Translations under genes and position numbers: made by a program
DNA from: Candidatus Aminicenantales bacterium
Lineage (GTDB): Bacteria; Acidobacteriota; Aminicenantia; Aminicenantales; Saccharicenantaceae
Direction of reading: 5' to 3'
DNA length: 64,000 bases
NCBI GenBank assembly: GCA_049512315.1
Contig: JBEKXF010000030.1
Coordinates: 1 to 64,000 of the forward strand
Notes under the pieces: generated by a model
Databases searched by the model: none
Seen by the model: only the letters and a program-made list of their open reading frames with translations
What the model was told of the DNA's origin: nothing
In this document: piece by piece, positions 19,950 to 29,147 of the stretch
How positions within the stretch are numbered: the first letter of the stretch is position 1
How the letters are laid out: each line of letters opens with the position of its first letter

Positions 19950-20951
19950 ATGACGGAAAAGACGAAGAAAACGCCGCTCAGGCGGGCTGGGCTTGCCCTT
20001 CTGGCCGCGGCCCTTCTGGCCGTGTCCGCGCCGGCCGAGGACAAGGAGGATTCCCCGCTCGTGACCGCCGCCAAGCCTCTGAAGCTCAGCGGCTACGCCC
20101 AGCTTCTGGCCGTCGATTGGGACAAGGGCGTGGACAGCTTTTCCCTCCGGAGGGCCCGCCTCACCCTGGCCGGGGAGATCGTCAAGAACCTCAGGTTCAA
20201 GGTCACCGCGGACCTCGTGAAATCGCCGGCGCTCCTCGACGCCCTCGTCGAGTTCGAGCCGTCCAAGATCATCGGGTTGCGGTTCGGCCAGTTCCTCGTT
20301 CCCTTCAGCCTCGAGAGCGTCACGCCGACCTCCGAGCTTGACATGGTCAACCGGTCGGCTGTCGTGGAGGCGCTCGCGGCCGGCCGCGACAACGGGTCCT
20401 CGGGAAGGGACATCGGGACCGTGGTTTACGGGAGCTATGCGATCGTGGATTACGCCGTGGGGCTTTTCAACGGCGCCGGCATCAACAAGGCCGACACGAA
20501 CAGCCATAAGGACTGGAGCGGCCGGGCCGTCATTCACCCCTTCAAGTTCCTCGCTATCGGAGGCTCCCTTTATCGGGGCAAACAGAGTCCTTCGGCCGAT
20601 GTCCCGCTCGTCAAGCGCGACAAGGAAGGACTCGAAGCGGCCCTCGTCTTCAAGAGGGTTTCCCTCAAAGGCGAATACATCCACGCCTTGGACGACCTGG
20701 TATCCAAGGCCGGCTGGTATATTCAGGCCGGCTTGTTTGCCCTGCCCGATAAGCTCCAGGCTCTTCTCCGCTATGATTCACTCGACCTCGACAGGTCCGT
20801 CGCCGGCGACGCGAAAAACGTGATCGCCCTGGGCCTCAACTGGTTCATCCTGGGCCGGACTAAGCTCCAGGTAAACTATGAGATCCACAGGCTCGAAGGA
20901 GGAGGACGGGAGAAATCCGGCCTCCTGGCCCAGTTCCAGGCCGCTTTCTAA
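19950..20951 (+). CDS. Outer-membrane porin, OprO/OprP-like
   Basis: Signal peptide; FSLRRARL, GQFLVPFSLE, GRDIG; terminal Phe; start may be 19932. Confidence 0.8.
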   Translation: MTEKTKKTPLRRAGLALLAAALLAVSAPAEDKEDSPLVTAAKPLKLSGYAQLLAVDWDKGVDSFSLRRARLTLAGEIVKNLRFKVTADLVKSPALLDALVEFEPSKIIGLRFGQFLVPFSLESVTPTSELDMVNRSAVVEALAAGRDNGSSGRDIGTVVYGSYAIVDYAVGLFNGAGINKADTNSHKDWSGRAVIHPFKFLAIGGSLYRGKQSPSADVPLVKRDKEGLEAALVFKRVSLKGEYIHALDDLVSKAGWYIQAGLFALPDKLQALLRYDSLDLDRSVAGDAKNVIALGLNWFILGRTKLQVNYEIHRLEGGGREKSGLLAQFQAAF

Positions 20952-20973
20952 GGGACGTTGAAAGGAAGACGCC

Positions 20974-21957
20974 ATGAAAAAAACAGTTTTGATCCTGATC
21001 CTGGTTCTCGTGTCGGCCGCGCCCGGCCCATCGGCTCAGGTTCCGGCTCAGGGCCGGGAGGTCGCGGCGGAGCTCCGCGGCAGCCTGTCCCTCTCCGGCG
21101 CCTGGGCCCTCTATCCCATGGCCCTCAAGTGGGCGGAGGAATTCCAGAAGCTCCACCCCGGCGTCCGGATCGATGTCCAGGCCGGCGGCGCGGGCAAGGG
21201 GATCGCGGACGTCCTGGCCGGGGCGGTCGATGTCGGCATGGTCTCCCGGGAGATCAACCCGGCCGAGACCGCCAAGGGCGCCCTGGCCGTGGCCGTCACT
21301 AAAGACGCGGTCGTGCCGACGATCAGCCGGAAAAACCCGTTCCTGGCCGAGCTCCTCCGCCGCGGCCTCAGGAAAGAGGAATTCACCGCGATCTGGATCA
21401 CGAAGGCCGTCGATTCGTGGGCCGGTCTCTTCGGCAGGAAGGGGCCCTCTCCCATCCACGTCTATACCCGGTCGGACGCCTGCGGCGCCGCGGAAACCTG
21501 GGCCGCCTACCTCGGCCAGCGGCAGGAAGACCTCACGGGGGTCGGCGTTTACGGCGACCCCGGCGTCGCCGAGGCCGTCAAGCGCGACCCGCTCGGGATC
21601 GGCTACAACAACGTCAATTTCGCCTACGACGCGAAGACGAAAAAGCCGGTCGAGGGACTGGAGGTCTGCCCCATCGACCTCGACGGCAACGGGACGCTCG
21701 ACCCGCAGGAGCACGTCTATGCCACGCGCGACGACATCATCCGGGCCATCGCCGCGAACGTCTATCCTTCCCCGCCGGCCCGGGAGCTCTATTTCGTCCT
21801 GAAAGGGCGGCCGCGGAGCCCGCTTCTTTTCGAGTTCATGAAGTGGGTCCTGACCGACGGCCAGAAATACGTGCCGGAGATGGGCTATCTCCCCCCCGGG
21901 CCGGAGCGGATCGCGCAGGGCTTCCGGGCCGTCGGAGGAGCGGACAAGGGAAAATGA
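20974..21957 (+). CDS. PstS-like periplasmic oxyanion-binding protein (divergent binding motifs)
   Basis: Signal peptide; SGAWALYP, GGAGKG, VGMVSR, RSDACGA, YPSPPARELY; sits in a pstCAB-like operon. Confidence 0.8.
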   Translation: MKKTVLILILVLVSAAPGPSAQVPAQGREVAAELRGSLSLSGAWALYPMALKWAEEFQKLHPGVRIDVQAGGAGKGIADVLAGAVDVGMVSREINPAETAKGALAVAVTKDAVVPTISRKNPFLAELLRRGLRKEEFTAIWITKAVDSWAGLFGRKGPSPIHVYTRSDACGAAETWAAYLGQRQEDLTGVGVYGDPGVAEAVKRDPLGIGYNNVNFAYDAKTKKPVEGLEVCPIDLDGNGTLDPQEHVYATRDDIIRAIAANVYPSPPARELYFVLKGRPRSPLLFEFMKWVLTDGQKYVPEMGYLPPGPERIAQGFRAVGGADKGK

Positions 21958-22841
21958 AACGGCTTCTCAAGGACGTCTGGGCCCGCCGGGGGATGTCCCT
22001 GCTGGCCCTCCTTCCCGGGCTCCTCGTCCTGCTCATCGTGCTCGGGCTTTTCCTCAAGTCGAAGGCCATCCTGGGGGTCCAGCCCCTGTCCCACCTCCTC
22101 CTCGGCACGGACTGGCACCCTCTCAAGGGACAGTTTGGTCTTTTCCCGTTCATCTCGGGCACAGTCTGGGTCACGGTAACGGCCCTTGTTCTCGCGGTCC
22201 CGGTCTCGATCCTGACGGCCATCTACCTTTCAGAGTTCGCCCCGCGCTTCGTCAGGGAACTCGCCCGGCCCGTCATCGACCTCCTGGCTGGGCTTCCGTC
22301 CGTCGTCTTCGGAGTCTGGGGCGTCATTCTCATCGTCCCCTTCGTCGGCGACGTCCTCGCCCCGCTCTTCGGGGCATCCTCGAGCGGCTACAGCGTTCTC
22401 GCCGGCGGGATCGTTCTGGCCATCATGATCTTTCCGACCATCATCCACGTATCCCTGGAGGTCTTCGCTTCGATCCCGTATTCCCTGCGCGAGGCCTCGC
22501 TCTCGCTGGGCGCGACCCGGTGGGAAACGGCCCGCCACGTCGTCCTGAGGAAGGGGAGCCAGGGCGTCCTGGCCGCGTCCGTCCTCGGCTTTTCCCGGGC
22601 CTTCGGGGAAACCATGGCCGTCCTGATGGTGGCCGGGAACGTCCCCGTCGCCCCGAAGTCCCTCTTCGACCCCGGCTATCCTCTTCCCGCCCTCATCGCC
22701 AACAATTACGGGGAGATGATGTCCATCCCCCGCTACGATTCCGCCCTCATGCTGGCCGCCCTGGTCCTCCTCGCGGTCGTTCTCTTCTTCAACATCCTGG
22801 CCCACCGGATCCTGGTCCGGGTCGAGAGGAGGTCCCGGTGA
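21954..22841 (+). CDS. pstC: PstC-like ABC permease
   Basis: LAGLPSVVFG, EAA loop REASLSLGATRWE, RAFGETMAV. Confidence 0.85.
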   Translation: MKRLLKDVWARRGMSLLALLPGLLVLLIVLGLFLKSKAILGVQPLSHLLLGTDWHPLKGQFGLFPFISGTVWVTVTALVLAVPVSILTAIYLSEFAPRFVRELARPVIDLLAGLPSVVFGVWGVILIVPFVGDVLAPLFGASSSGYSVLAGGIVLAIMIFPTIIHVSLEVFASIPYSLREASLSLGATRWETARHVVLRKGSQGVLAASVLGFSRAFGETMAVLMVAGNVPVAPKSLFDPGYPLPALIANNYGEMMSIPRYDSALMLAALVLLAVVLFFNILAHRILVRVERRSR

Positions 22842-23716
22842 TGACCAACGGCCTCAACGGGACCCTGAAAAAAAGGAAAAGGGTCGAGCTCTTTTTCAAG
22901 GTCCTGATGATCGGCTCCACGGCCCTGGTCATCGGGAGCCTCATCGTCATCGTCGGGACCATCGTCTGGAAGAGCGTCCCCGCCCTGACCCTGTCCATGG
23001 TCACGAGGACGCCCAAGGGCGGGTTTTACCTGGGGAAAGAGGGCGGGATCCTGAACGCCATCGCGGGGTCGCTTGATCTAGCGCTGGGGGCGACGGCTCT
23101 GGCCTTCCTCCTGAGCCTGCCCCTCGCCCTCTACCTGAACCTCTACAAGGGCCGCGGCTCGAAGACGGCCGCCTGGACCCGGTTCTCGATCGACGTCCTC
23201 TGGGGCGTGCCGTCCATCGTCTACGGCGCTTTCGGCTTCCTGGTCATGATGATGATCGGCCTCCGGGCCTCACTTCTGGCCGGGATCGTGACCGTCGCCC
23301 TCCTTGAGTTCCCGATCATGAGCCGGGCCATCGACGAGGTCGTCCGCCTGGTCCCGAAAGAGCTCAGGGAGGCCTCGGATTCGCTCGGCGCCACCCGCCT
23401 CGAGACGGCGGTCCGGGTCGTCGTCCGGCAGTCCGTGCCCGGGATCCTGACGGCCGTGCTGATGGCTTTCGGCCGGGGCATCGGCGACGCGGCCTCCGTC
23501 CTTTTCACGGCCGGCTTCACGGACCGGGTGCCGGCTTCCCTCCTCGACCCGGCGGCGACGCTGCCCCTGGCCATCTTCTTCCAGCTCGGAACGCCGTTCC
23601 CCGAGGTCCAGCAGAGGGCCTATGCCTCGGCCGCGGTCCTGACCCTGATCATCCTCGCGGCGAGCGTCACGGGGAGACTCGTCAGCCGGAGGTACGCGAA
23701 GCATGTCGTCAAGTAA
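22838..23716 (+). CDS. pstA: PstA-like ABC permease
   Basis: GGILNAIAGS, GVPSIVYG, REASDSLGATRLE; GTGA overlap with pstC. Confidence 0.85.
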   Translation: MMTNGLNGTLKKRKRVELFFKVLMIGSTALVIGSLIVIVGTIVWKSVPALTLSMVTRTPKGGFYLGKEGGILNAIAGSLDLALGATALAFLLSLPLALYLNLYKGRGSKTAAWTRFSIDVLWGVPSIVYGAFGFLVMMMIGLRASLLAGIVTVALLEFPIMSRAIDEVVRLVPKELREASDSLGATRLETAVRVVVRQSVPGILTAVLMAFGRGIGDAASVLFTAGFTDRVPASLLDPAATLPLAIFFQLGTPFPEVQQRAYASAAVLTLIILAASVTGRLVSRRYAKHVVK

Positions 23717-23719
23717 AGG

Positions 23720-24493
23720 ATGGGCGCGCCGATGAACGAGATGACCCCGATCAGCATCCGGAACCTGAGCGTTTTCTACGGCGGTCATCGCGTCCTGAAG
23801 GACGTCAACCTCGATATCCCGGCCAGGAAGATCACCGTCATCATCGGGCCCTCCGGCTGCGGGAAGACGACCCTCCTCAAGTCCCTGAACCGCCTGCTCG
23901 ACCCCGTCGAGGGGGTCCGGGTCGAAGGGGAGGTCCTGGTCGACGGCGAGGACATCTACGGGCCCCGGACCGAGGTGACCCGGATCCGGAAGAAGATGGG
24001 CCTCCTCTCCCAGAAACCTCAGGTCCTGCCCATGTCGATCTATGATAACGTCGCCTACGGCCCGAGGATCCACGGCCTCCGCACCCGGGCGGAGCTCGAC
24101 CGGACCGTCGAGCACTATCTTAGGGTTTCGGGGCTCTGGGAGGAGGTCAGCGACCGGCTCCACCATCCCGCCTCCGAGCTTTCCGTCGGCCAGCAGCAAC
24201 GCCTCTGCCTGGCCCGGGGCCTGGCCGTCGAGCCCGAGATCATCCTCGGCGACGAGCCGACCTCGGCCCTGGACCCCCAATCCAGCCAGAACGTGGAGCG
24301 GCGGCTGATGGAGCTCAAGAAGGATTACACCGTCGTGGTCGTGACCCACATCCTCCGGCAGGCCCGAAGGATCGCCGACCACCTCGCCTTCCTTTACCTC
24401 GGAGAGCTCGTCGAAGACGGGCCGGCGGCCGAAGTTTTCCAAAACCCCCGGAACGCGCGGACGCGGGCCTACCTGACCGGCGAGATCAGCTGA
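23720..24493 (+). CDS. pstB: PstB-like ABC ATPase
   Basis: GPSGCGKTT, LSVGQQQRLC, DEPTSALDP, VTH. Confidence 0.88.
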   Translation: MGAPMNEMTPISIRNLSVFYGGHRVLKDVNLDIPARKITVIIGPSGCGKTTLLKSLNRLLDPVEGVRVEGEVLVDGEDIYGPRTEVTRIRKKMGLLSQKPQVLPMSIYDNVAYGPRIHGLRTRAELDRTVEHYLRVSGLWEEVSDRLHHPASELSVGQQQRLCLARGLAVEPEIILGDEPTSALDPQSSQNVERRLMELKKDYTVVVVTHILRQARRIADHLAFLYLGELVEDGPAAEVFQNPRNARTRAYLTGEIS

Positions 24494-24506
24494 GCCCAGC
24501 CCCGGC

Positions 24507-27401
24507 CTACATTTTGACCGAGCAGGTCATGAACCGCTGGAGGAAATTGAAGAAGTCGATCTCGTTGGCGGCGAGGCCGTGCTCGTAGACGTAGCGGGCG
24601 GCCAGGCGTGAGGCGAAGAGCGCCCGGAGGTAGGCCTCGGGCACGCGCTGGATGATCTTGCCGACGCCGAGCAGGTCGCAGAGCACGGGCGGGCAGCCGA
24701 CCTCGACGACCTTCTCGACGAGGGCCTTGTCCTCGAACAGGGCCGAGCCCATGATGCTGTCCTTGATGGCGTTGATCTTCTCGCTGACCATGTCGCTGAG
24801 GATGCTCCGGGGGATGCCCGTCCTCAGGTTCTCGCGCCAGAGGACGTCGAACTCCCGGCGGGCGTTGTCCGCGATGTACTCGATGTCCTCCTTGACGTAG
24901 GTCTTGCGGAAGTCCGAGATCTTCCCGTCCCGGACGACCATGAGCTCCTCGAACTCCTTATCGGTCATGGCCATGGCGGAGAGGACCTCGAGGGAAGATG
25001 AGGTGACCCCGCCCTTGTTGGCCGAGGCATCCTTGTACAGGATGACGCCCTTCTCCTCGAGCCTCAGCCGGGCTTGCTGGGTGATGAAGAGGTTGGCGCC
25101 CTCGACGATGACCTTGAAGCGGGGCTGGCCCTTCTCGTCGACCCATTCCGTCCAGTTGTTGATGTTGACCGACGACGGCCGCCCGCCGCAGGGGACGAAG
25201 ATGTCGGCCCGGAACTTGGGGTGAAGGTGGAAAGTGTTCCGGAACTCGAGCCCGTTCTCAACCCGCTCGCCGTCGGGGAGCTTGACGTCGGTCGCCTTGA
25301 TGGAAACGAAAAAGCCCTCCGCCGAGAGGAGTTTGATCTCGAAATGCTCGACCATTTTCCGGGACTTGGCCAGCCGGATGAGCTCCTTGCGGTTGAGACC
25401 CTGGGGGTCGTAGAGGACCCCGGAACCGTCGACGAGGGCCAGGGTCTTGTCCTTAGAGATGAGGATCTCGTTCGAGCCGAGGTCTCCGTCGGGCCCGCCC
25501 GTCATGACCTTGGTGATCTTGTCCTCCTTGAGGCCGAGCTTTTCCAGGGAGCCGAGGACGTACTCGTGGATCGAGCGGGTGGTCATGCCGTAAAGATCGT
25601 GGGGAATTCCCCCCATGGTCACGGGCTTGCCCGTCGTGAAGGCCTTCCAGAACTTGTAGCCGCGCTGGCGGGCCCTGAGGGCCGCCCACTCCATGAGGTC
25701 GGCCGTGCCCTCGTCGGGACCGAGGAAGAGAATGACGTCCTTCCCGTAATAATCGGTGACGGCGGGGTTGGGGAGCATGAGGTCGAGCAGGCCGTCGACG
25801 TACTTTTTGAAGGCTGCGACGGGTTGGTCCTGGAAGCCCCAGCGGAGGAGGATCGTGCCTTTGGACCCGCCCTCGGGGAGGTCCTTGTTCTTGCGCTGCT
25901 GGGTGGAGGCCAGGCCGTAGTTCTCGTCGAAGATGAAATCGGAGTTGTTGAGGTAGTTCTGGTAGTGGGAGGAGCGGACGATCCGGATGCCGCCGCGGGC
26001 GATGTCCCGGAAGCGGATGTGGAAGCCCCGGAACTCGCGGCCGATGATGTGGAAGAGACCGAAGGGCTCGAGGGGATAGTCCACCCGGTTGAGGAAGTCC
26101 GGCCGGTACATGAAGGAGATGGAGGTCTTCTCCTTGATGTAGAAATTCGTCTTGAGGACGGTCTCGACGAAGAGGGCCCCCGACAGGAAGACGCTGCGGT
26201 CGGCCTCGACGACGATCTTGCGGGCCATCTCCTTCCGGAGCGCGGCCAGGCCGGCGGCGATGTCGTGGTCCTTGCCGGCCGGGTTGTACTTCTTGTCGAA
26301 GAGCGCGAAGAGCCGGTGGATCCACTCGTGGTTGTCGATCAGGGCGTCCCAGACCCTGGGCTCGGTGTAGGTCTCCTTGGCCAGGCGGGTCCTGAGCTCC
26401 CGCAGGATCCCCTGGAGCTCGGGCGAGTCCTTGAGGGCCTCGGCCAGCCTGAGGTACTCCTCGTTGTAGCCGCTCAGGAACTGGTGGGCGAAGCTCCAGA
26501 GGGCGGTCCCGAAGACCATCTCCTGGGCCGAGAGCTTTCCCTCCCGGAAGAGGGAGGACAGGGGACAGGTCGAGATGACGTAGATGAGGCTGATGTCCTC
26601 GATGAGGTCCTGAAGCTTGCCCTTGGCCGGGGCCTCGTCGAGATAGTGGGTGTAGATCGTCTTTCCGTTGGCGAAATGCTCGATGTATTTCCGATTGCTG
26701 TGAAGCCCGTGAGAATTGATGACGTCGGAGACGTTCGTGAAGAAGCGGGGGCTCGCGTCGGTGTTGGTCACGACGGAGATCCGGATCTCCTTCTCCTCGG
26801 GGACCGGCGTGACATCAATGAGCGGGCTCTCCCAGCCTTTGGCCCGCTCGAGGAGCTCTTGGGTGCGCTTGAAGGCCTCCTTGGAGACGGTGGCCATGAA
26901 CATCTTGTCGGCGACTTTCCGGAGGTCGGTCTCGTCGGGTGGGACCTTGACCGCCGGGAATTCCGGCTTGTCCACGATGTACATCCGGAGGTGCTCCAGG
27001 CCGCGGGCCTTGCGCAGGGTCCGGTAGGACTGGAGCCGGTAATGAGGGTACCGGTCCTCGATCCTCTCCTCAATCTCGATCGCCCGGGGGTGGGACTCCT
27101 CGACGAGGTACAGGGCCTCGTTGTCGTGCTCGGTCATGAAATCGATCCTGATGGCTTTCTCGCCGCGGAGGATGGCCATGATCTCGGCGGCCCGGAGGGC
27201 CTCGATGTGCCGGGCGATCGTTTCGAGCGGGGTCGTGATGAAGTAGGACTCGCTCATCCCGAGCCCGGTGACGAACAGCTCGATCTCTTCGCGGACGCAG
27301 GCTTCGGGGTAAAAATCGTCCTTGACGATCAGGGCCTCGAGCTTTGCGAGCTGGCCTTCGGTGAAAACCGTATCGGCGGCGATTTGCTTGAGAGTTTTCA
27401 T
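24507..27401 (-). CDS. Large (964 aa) NAD-specific glutamate dehydrogenase
   Basis: FRDIARGGIR, KNKDLPEGGSKG, GPDEGTA, GGPDGDLGSNE, DASANKGGVTSSS. Confidence 0.9.
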   Translation of the reverse strand: MKTLKQIAADTVFTEGQLAKLEALIVKDDFYPEACVREEIELFVTGLGMSESYFITTPLETIARHIEALRAAEIMAILRGEKAIRIDFMTEHDNEALYLVEESHPRAIEIEERIEDRYPHYRLQSYRTLRKARGLEHLRMYIVDKPEFPAVKVPPDETDLRKVADKMFMATVSKEAFKRTQELLERAKGWESPLIDVTPVPEEKEIRISVVTNTDASPRFFTNVSDVINSHGLHSNRKYIEHFANGKTIYTHYLDEAPAKGKLQDLIEDISLIYVISTCPLSSLFREGKLSAQEMVFGTALWSFAHQFLSGYNEEYLRLAEALKDSPELQGILRELRTRLAKETYTEPRVWDALIDNHEWIHRLFALFDKKYNPAGKDHDIAAGLAALRKEMARKIVVEADRSVFLSGALFVETVLKTNFYIKEKTSISFMYRPDFLNRVDYPLEPFGLFHIIGREFRGFHIRFRDIARGGIRIVRSSHYQNYLNNSDFIFDENYGLASTQQRKNKDLPEGGSKGTILLRWGFQDQPVAAFKKYVDGLLDLMLPNPAVTDYYGKDVILFLGPDEGTADLMEWAALRARQRGYKFWKAFTTGKPVTMGGIPHDLYGMTTRSIHEYVLGSLEKLGLKEDKITKVMTGGPDGDLGSNEILISKDKTLALVDGSGVLYDPQGLNRKELIRLAKSRKMVEHFEIKLLSAEGFFVSIKATDVKLPDGERVENGLEFRNTFHLHPKFRADIFVPCGGRPSSVNINNWTEWVDEKGQPRFKVIVEGANLFITQQARLRLEEKGVILYKDASANKGGVTSSSLEVLSAMAMTDKEFEELMVVRDGKISDFRKTYVKEDIEYIADNARREFDVLWRENLRTGIPRSILSDMVSEKINAIKDSIMGSALFEDKALVEKVVEVGCPPVLCDLLGVGKIIQRVPEAYLRALFASRLAARYVYEHGLAANEIDFFNFLQRFMTCSVKM

Positions 27402-27518
27402 GGCGTGCTCCTTTTGCGGACGCGACTCAAACGGGCCATCATTATAGCAGGTCGATTTTTCCCGTTCAACCGAGCCTCTCTCCCAGGGTCAAGGCCACAA
27501 CCGGTCCCCCCCGCCTCC

Positions 27519-28064
27519 CTACAGAGCGCCGATCCGCTTGAGGCCCTCCCGGAGGGCTTCCTGGACCCTTTCGATCCGCTCCGGGGCCCAGGCCGGAGCG
27601 CCGCCCGCCCGGTCGAAGAAACGCGGGCTCGCGAAGTTGAAGACCCGGCCGTTCCTGCGATGGCGGTATCGAAAATCGATCTCCGGGTGTCCGAAAACGA
27701 GCATCATCATGGTTGCCGCCATCCTGGTCAGGGGCGGCCTGTCGAGGTGGCCGTGACGGAACCGGGCCGTGACTTTCGTCCCCTTCAGAGGGGCGGACTC
27801 GATGGCCACGGTCCCGCCGCAGAGCCCGGCCGTCTGGGCCAGGAGGGCCAGGCCGAGGCCGGTCCTCTTGCGCTTGGTCGTGAAAAAAGGGTCCAGGGCC
27901 CGGTCGAGCTCCTCTCCCGTCATCCCGCGGCCGTCGTCCGTCACCCGGACCGTCAGGAGGTCCCGGCGCTCGTTCTCGTTGACGGCGATCTCGATCCGCC
28001 CCGCCCCGGCCGAGATGGCGTTCTCGGCCAGATCGAGGATGTGGAAAGACAGGTCCTCCATCAT
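27519..28064 (-). CDS. Stand-alone HATPase_c (histidine-kinase-like) protein of the hydrogenase-associated cluster
   Basis: LDLAENAISAGA (N box), DDGRGM (G1), DPFFTTK, GLGL, HLDRPPL. Confidence 0.85.
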   Translation of the reverse strand: MMEDLSFHILDLAENAISAGAGRIEIAVNENERRDLLTVRVTDDGRGMTGEELDRALDPFFTTKRKRTGLGLALLAQTAGLCGGTVAIESAPLKGTKVTARFRHGHLDRPPLTRMAATMMMLVFGHPEIDFRYRHRRNGRVFNFASPRFFDRAGGAPAWAPERIERVQEALREGLKRIGAL

Positions 28065-28831
28065 GACGGATGGACCTCCCGGCCTTCCCGGCCGGCCAGG
28101 GCTTTCCGGATCTCCTCAAGGCTCGGCCGGGCCAGGAGGAATTCCATGGCCGCCCGGCCGATTTCCTCGGGCCGATGGGCGTCGGAGAACCGGACCAGAG
28201 GATGCGCGGTGCGCGGCCCGAAGGTCGCCCGGGCCTGCGCGTACGTCATGAGCGGCGAGACCTCGACGGCGTCGAGCTCGAGGTCGGGGGGGATGAAACC
28301 GAGCTGAGAGATGATGCTGAAGGCCTCCCGGTCGATGTGGGACGCGACGGCCAGACCGCCGTGCTTGTGGATGAGTCCGACGGCCTCGTAGACGGTCAGC
28401 CGGGTCGCCCCGATCAGGCAGTGCGGATTGAAACCCGTGACGCCGTCCTCCGCGTCGACGATCACCTGGTCCTTGACGAAGGACCTCTTCGAAGGGACGT
28501 CGGGCAGGTTCTCGTAGACGACTGCGAGAAGCGGCCCGAGGTCCGTCCCCGCCTCGAACAGACCGAGAATGTGGGCTTCCTCCTCGGTGGCCAGTTCCAG
28601 GCCGGGCAGGACGACGAGGCCGGTTCCCGCCGCGGCCTCGGCCACGGCGCCCGCGTTCTCTGTCGAATTATGGTCGGTGACGGCGATGATGTCGAGGCCC
28701 GTGGCCCGGGCCCGCTCGACGACGGCCCGGGGGTACATCGATAGCTCTCCGCAGGGCGACAGACACGTGTGGATGTGGAGGTCGGCCCGAAATCGCCTGA
28801 GCTCCTCAGGACCCCTTGACCCCGAGCCCAT
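28061..28831 (-). CDS. PHP-domain phosphoesterase
   Basis: DLHIHTCLSPC, TDHNS, SHIDR, SDAH; start approximate. Confidence 0.88.
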   Translation of the reverse strand: MGSGSRGPEELRRFRADLHIHTCLSPCGELSMYPRAVVERARATGLDIIAVTDHNSTENAGAVAEAAAGTGLVVLPGLELATEEEAHILGLFEAGTDLGPLLAVVYENLPDVPSKRSFVKDQVIVDAEDGVTGFNPHCLIGATRLTVYEAVGLIHKHGGLAVASHIDREAFSIISQLGFIPPDLELDAVEVSPLMTYAQARATFGPRTAHPLVRFSDAHRPEEIGRAAMEFLLARPSLEEIRKALAGREGREVHPS

Positions 28832-29147
28832 GAAGCCTTCCGACGAGTTCGAATGCCGCGGCCGGGGCCCCGAGAATGGGTACCCCTTCTTTCTCCGCCC
28901 GCTCGACCGTCTCGGCGGCCGGCTCCCGGCCGTTGACGAGGACGATCCCGGCGAGCTCCTTCAGGACGGCCACCGCGACGATATTCGGGTGGACCTGGAT
29001 GGTGACCCAGAGGTCGTCCTTCCCGGCGTGGGCCATCACGTCGCTGAGGAGGTCGCCCGCGTAGCCGCCGGCGACCGGCCGGTCGAGCTTCCCTTCCGCC
29101 GCAAAAACCTTGAGGTCGAGGCGTGTCACCAGGTCCGTGAGTTTCAT
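28806..29147 (-). CDS. DRTGG-domain protein
   Basis: GGYAGDLLSDVMA, WVTIQVHPNIVAVA. Confidence 0.85.
   Translation of the reverse strand: MKLTDLVTRLDLKVFAAEGKLDRPVAGGYAGDLLSDVMAHAGKDDLWVTIQVHPNIVAVAVLKELAGIVLVNGREPAAETVERAEKEGVPILGAPAAAFELVGRLHGLGVKGS

Noticed and set aside
25074..28307. 1077-aa plus-strand ORF, and similar long antisense ORFs (5920-7803, 13183-15168, 61260-63086)
   Set aside because: Shadow ORFs opposite well-supported genes; expected from high GC3; no motifs
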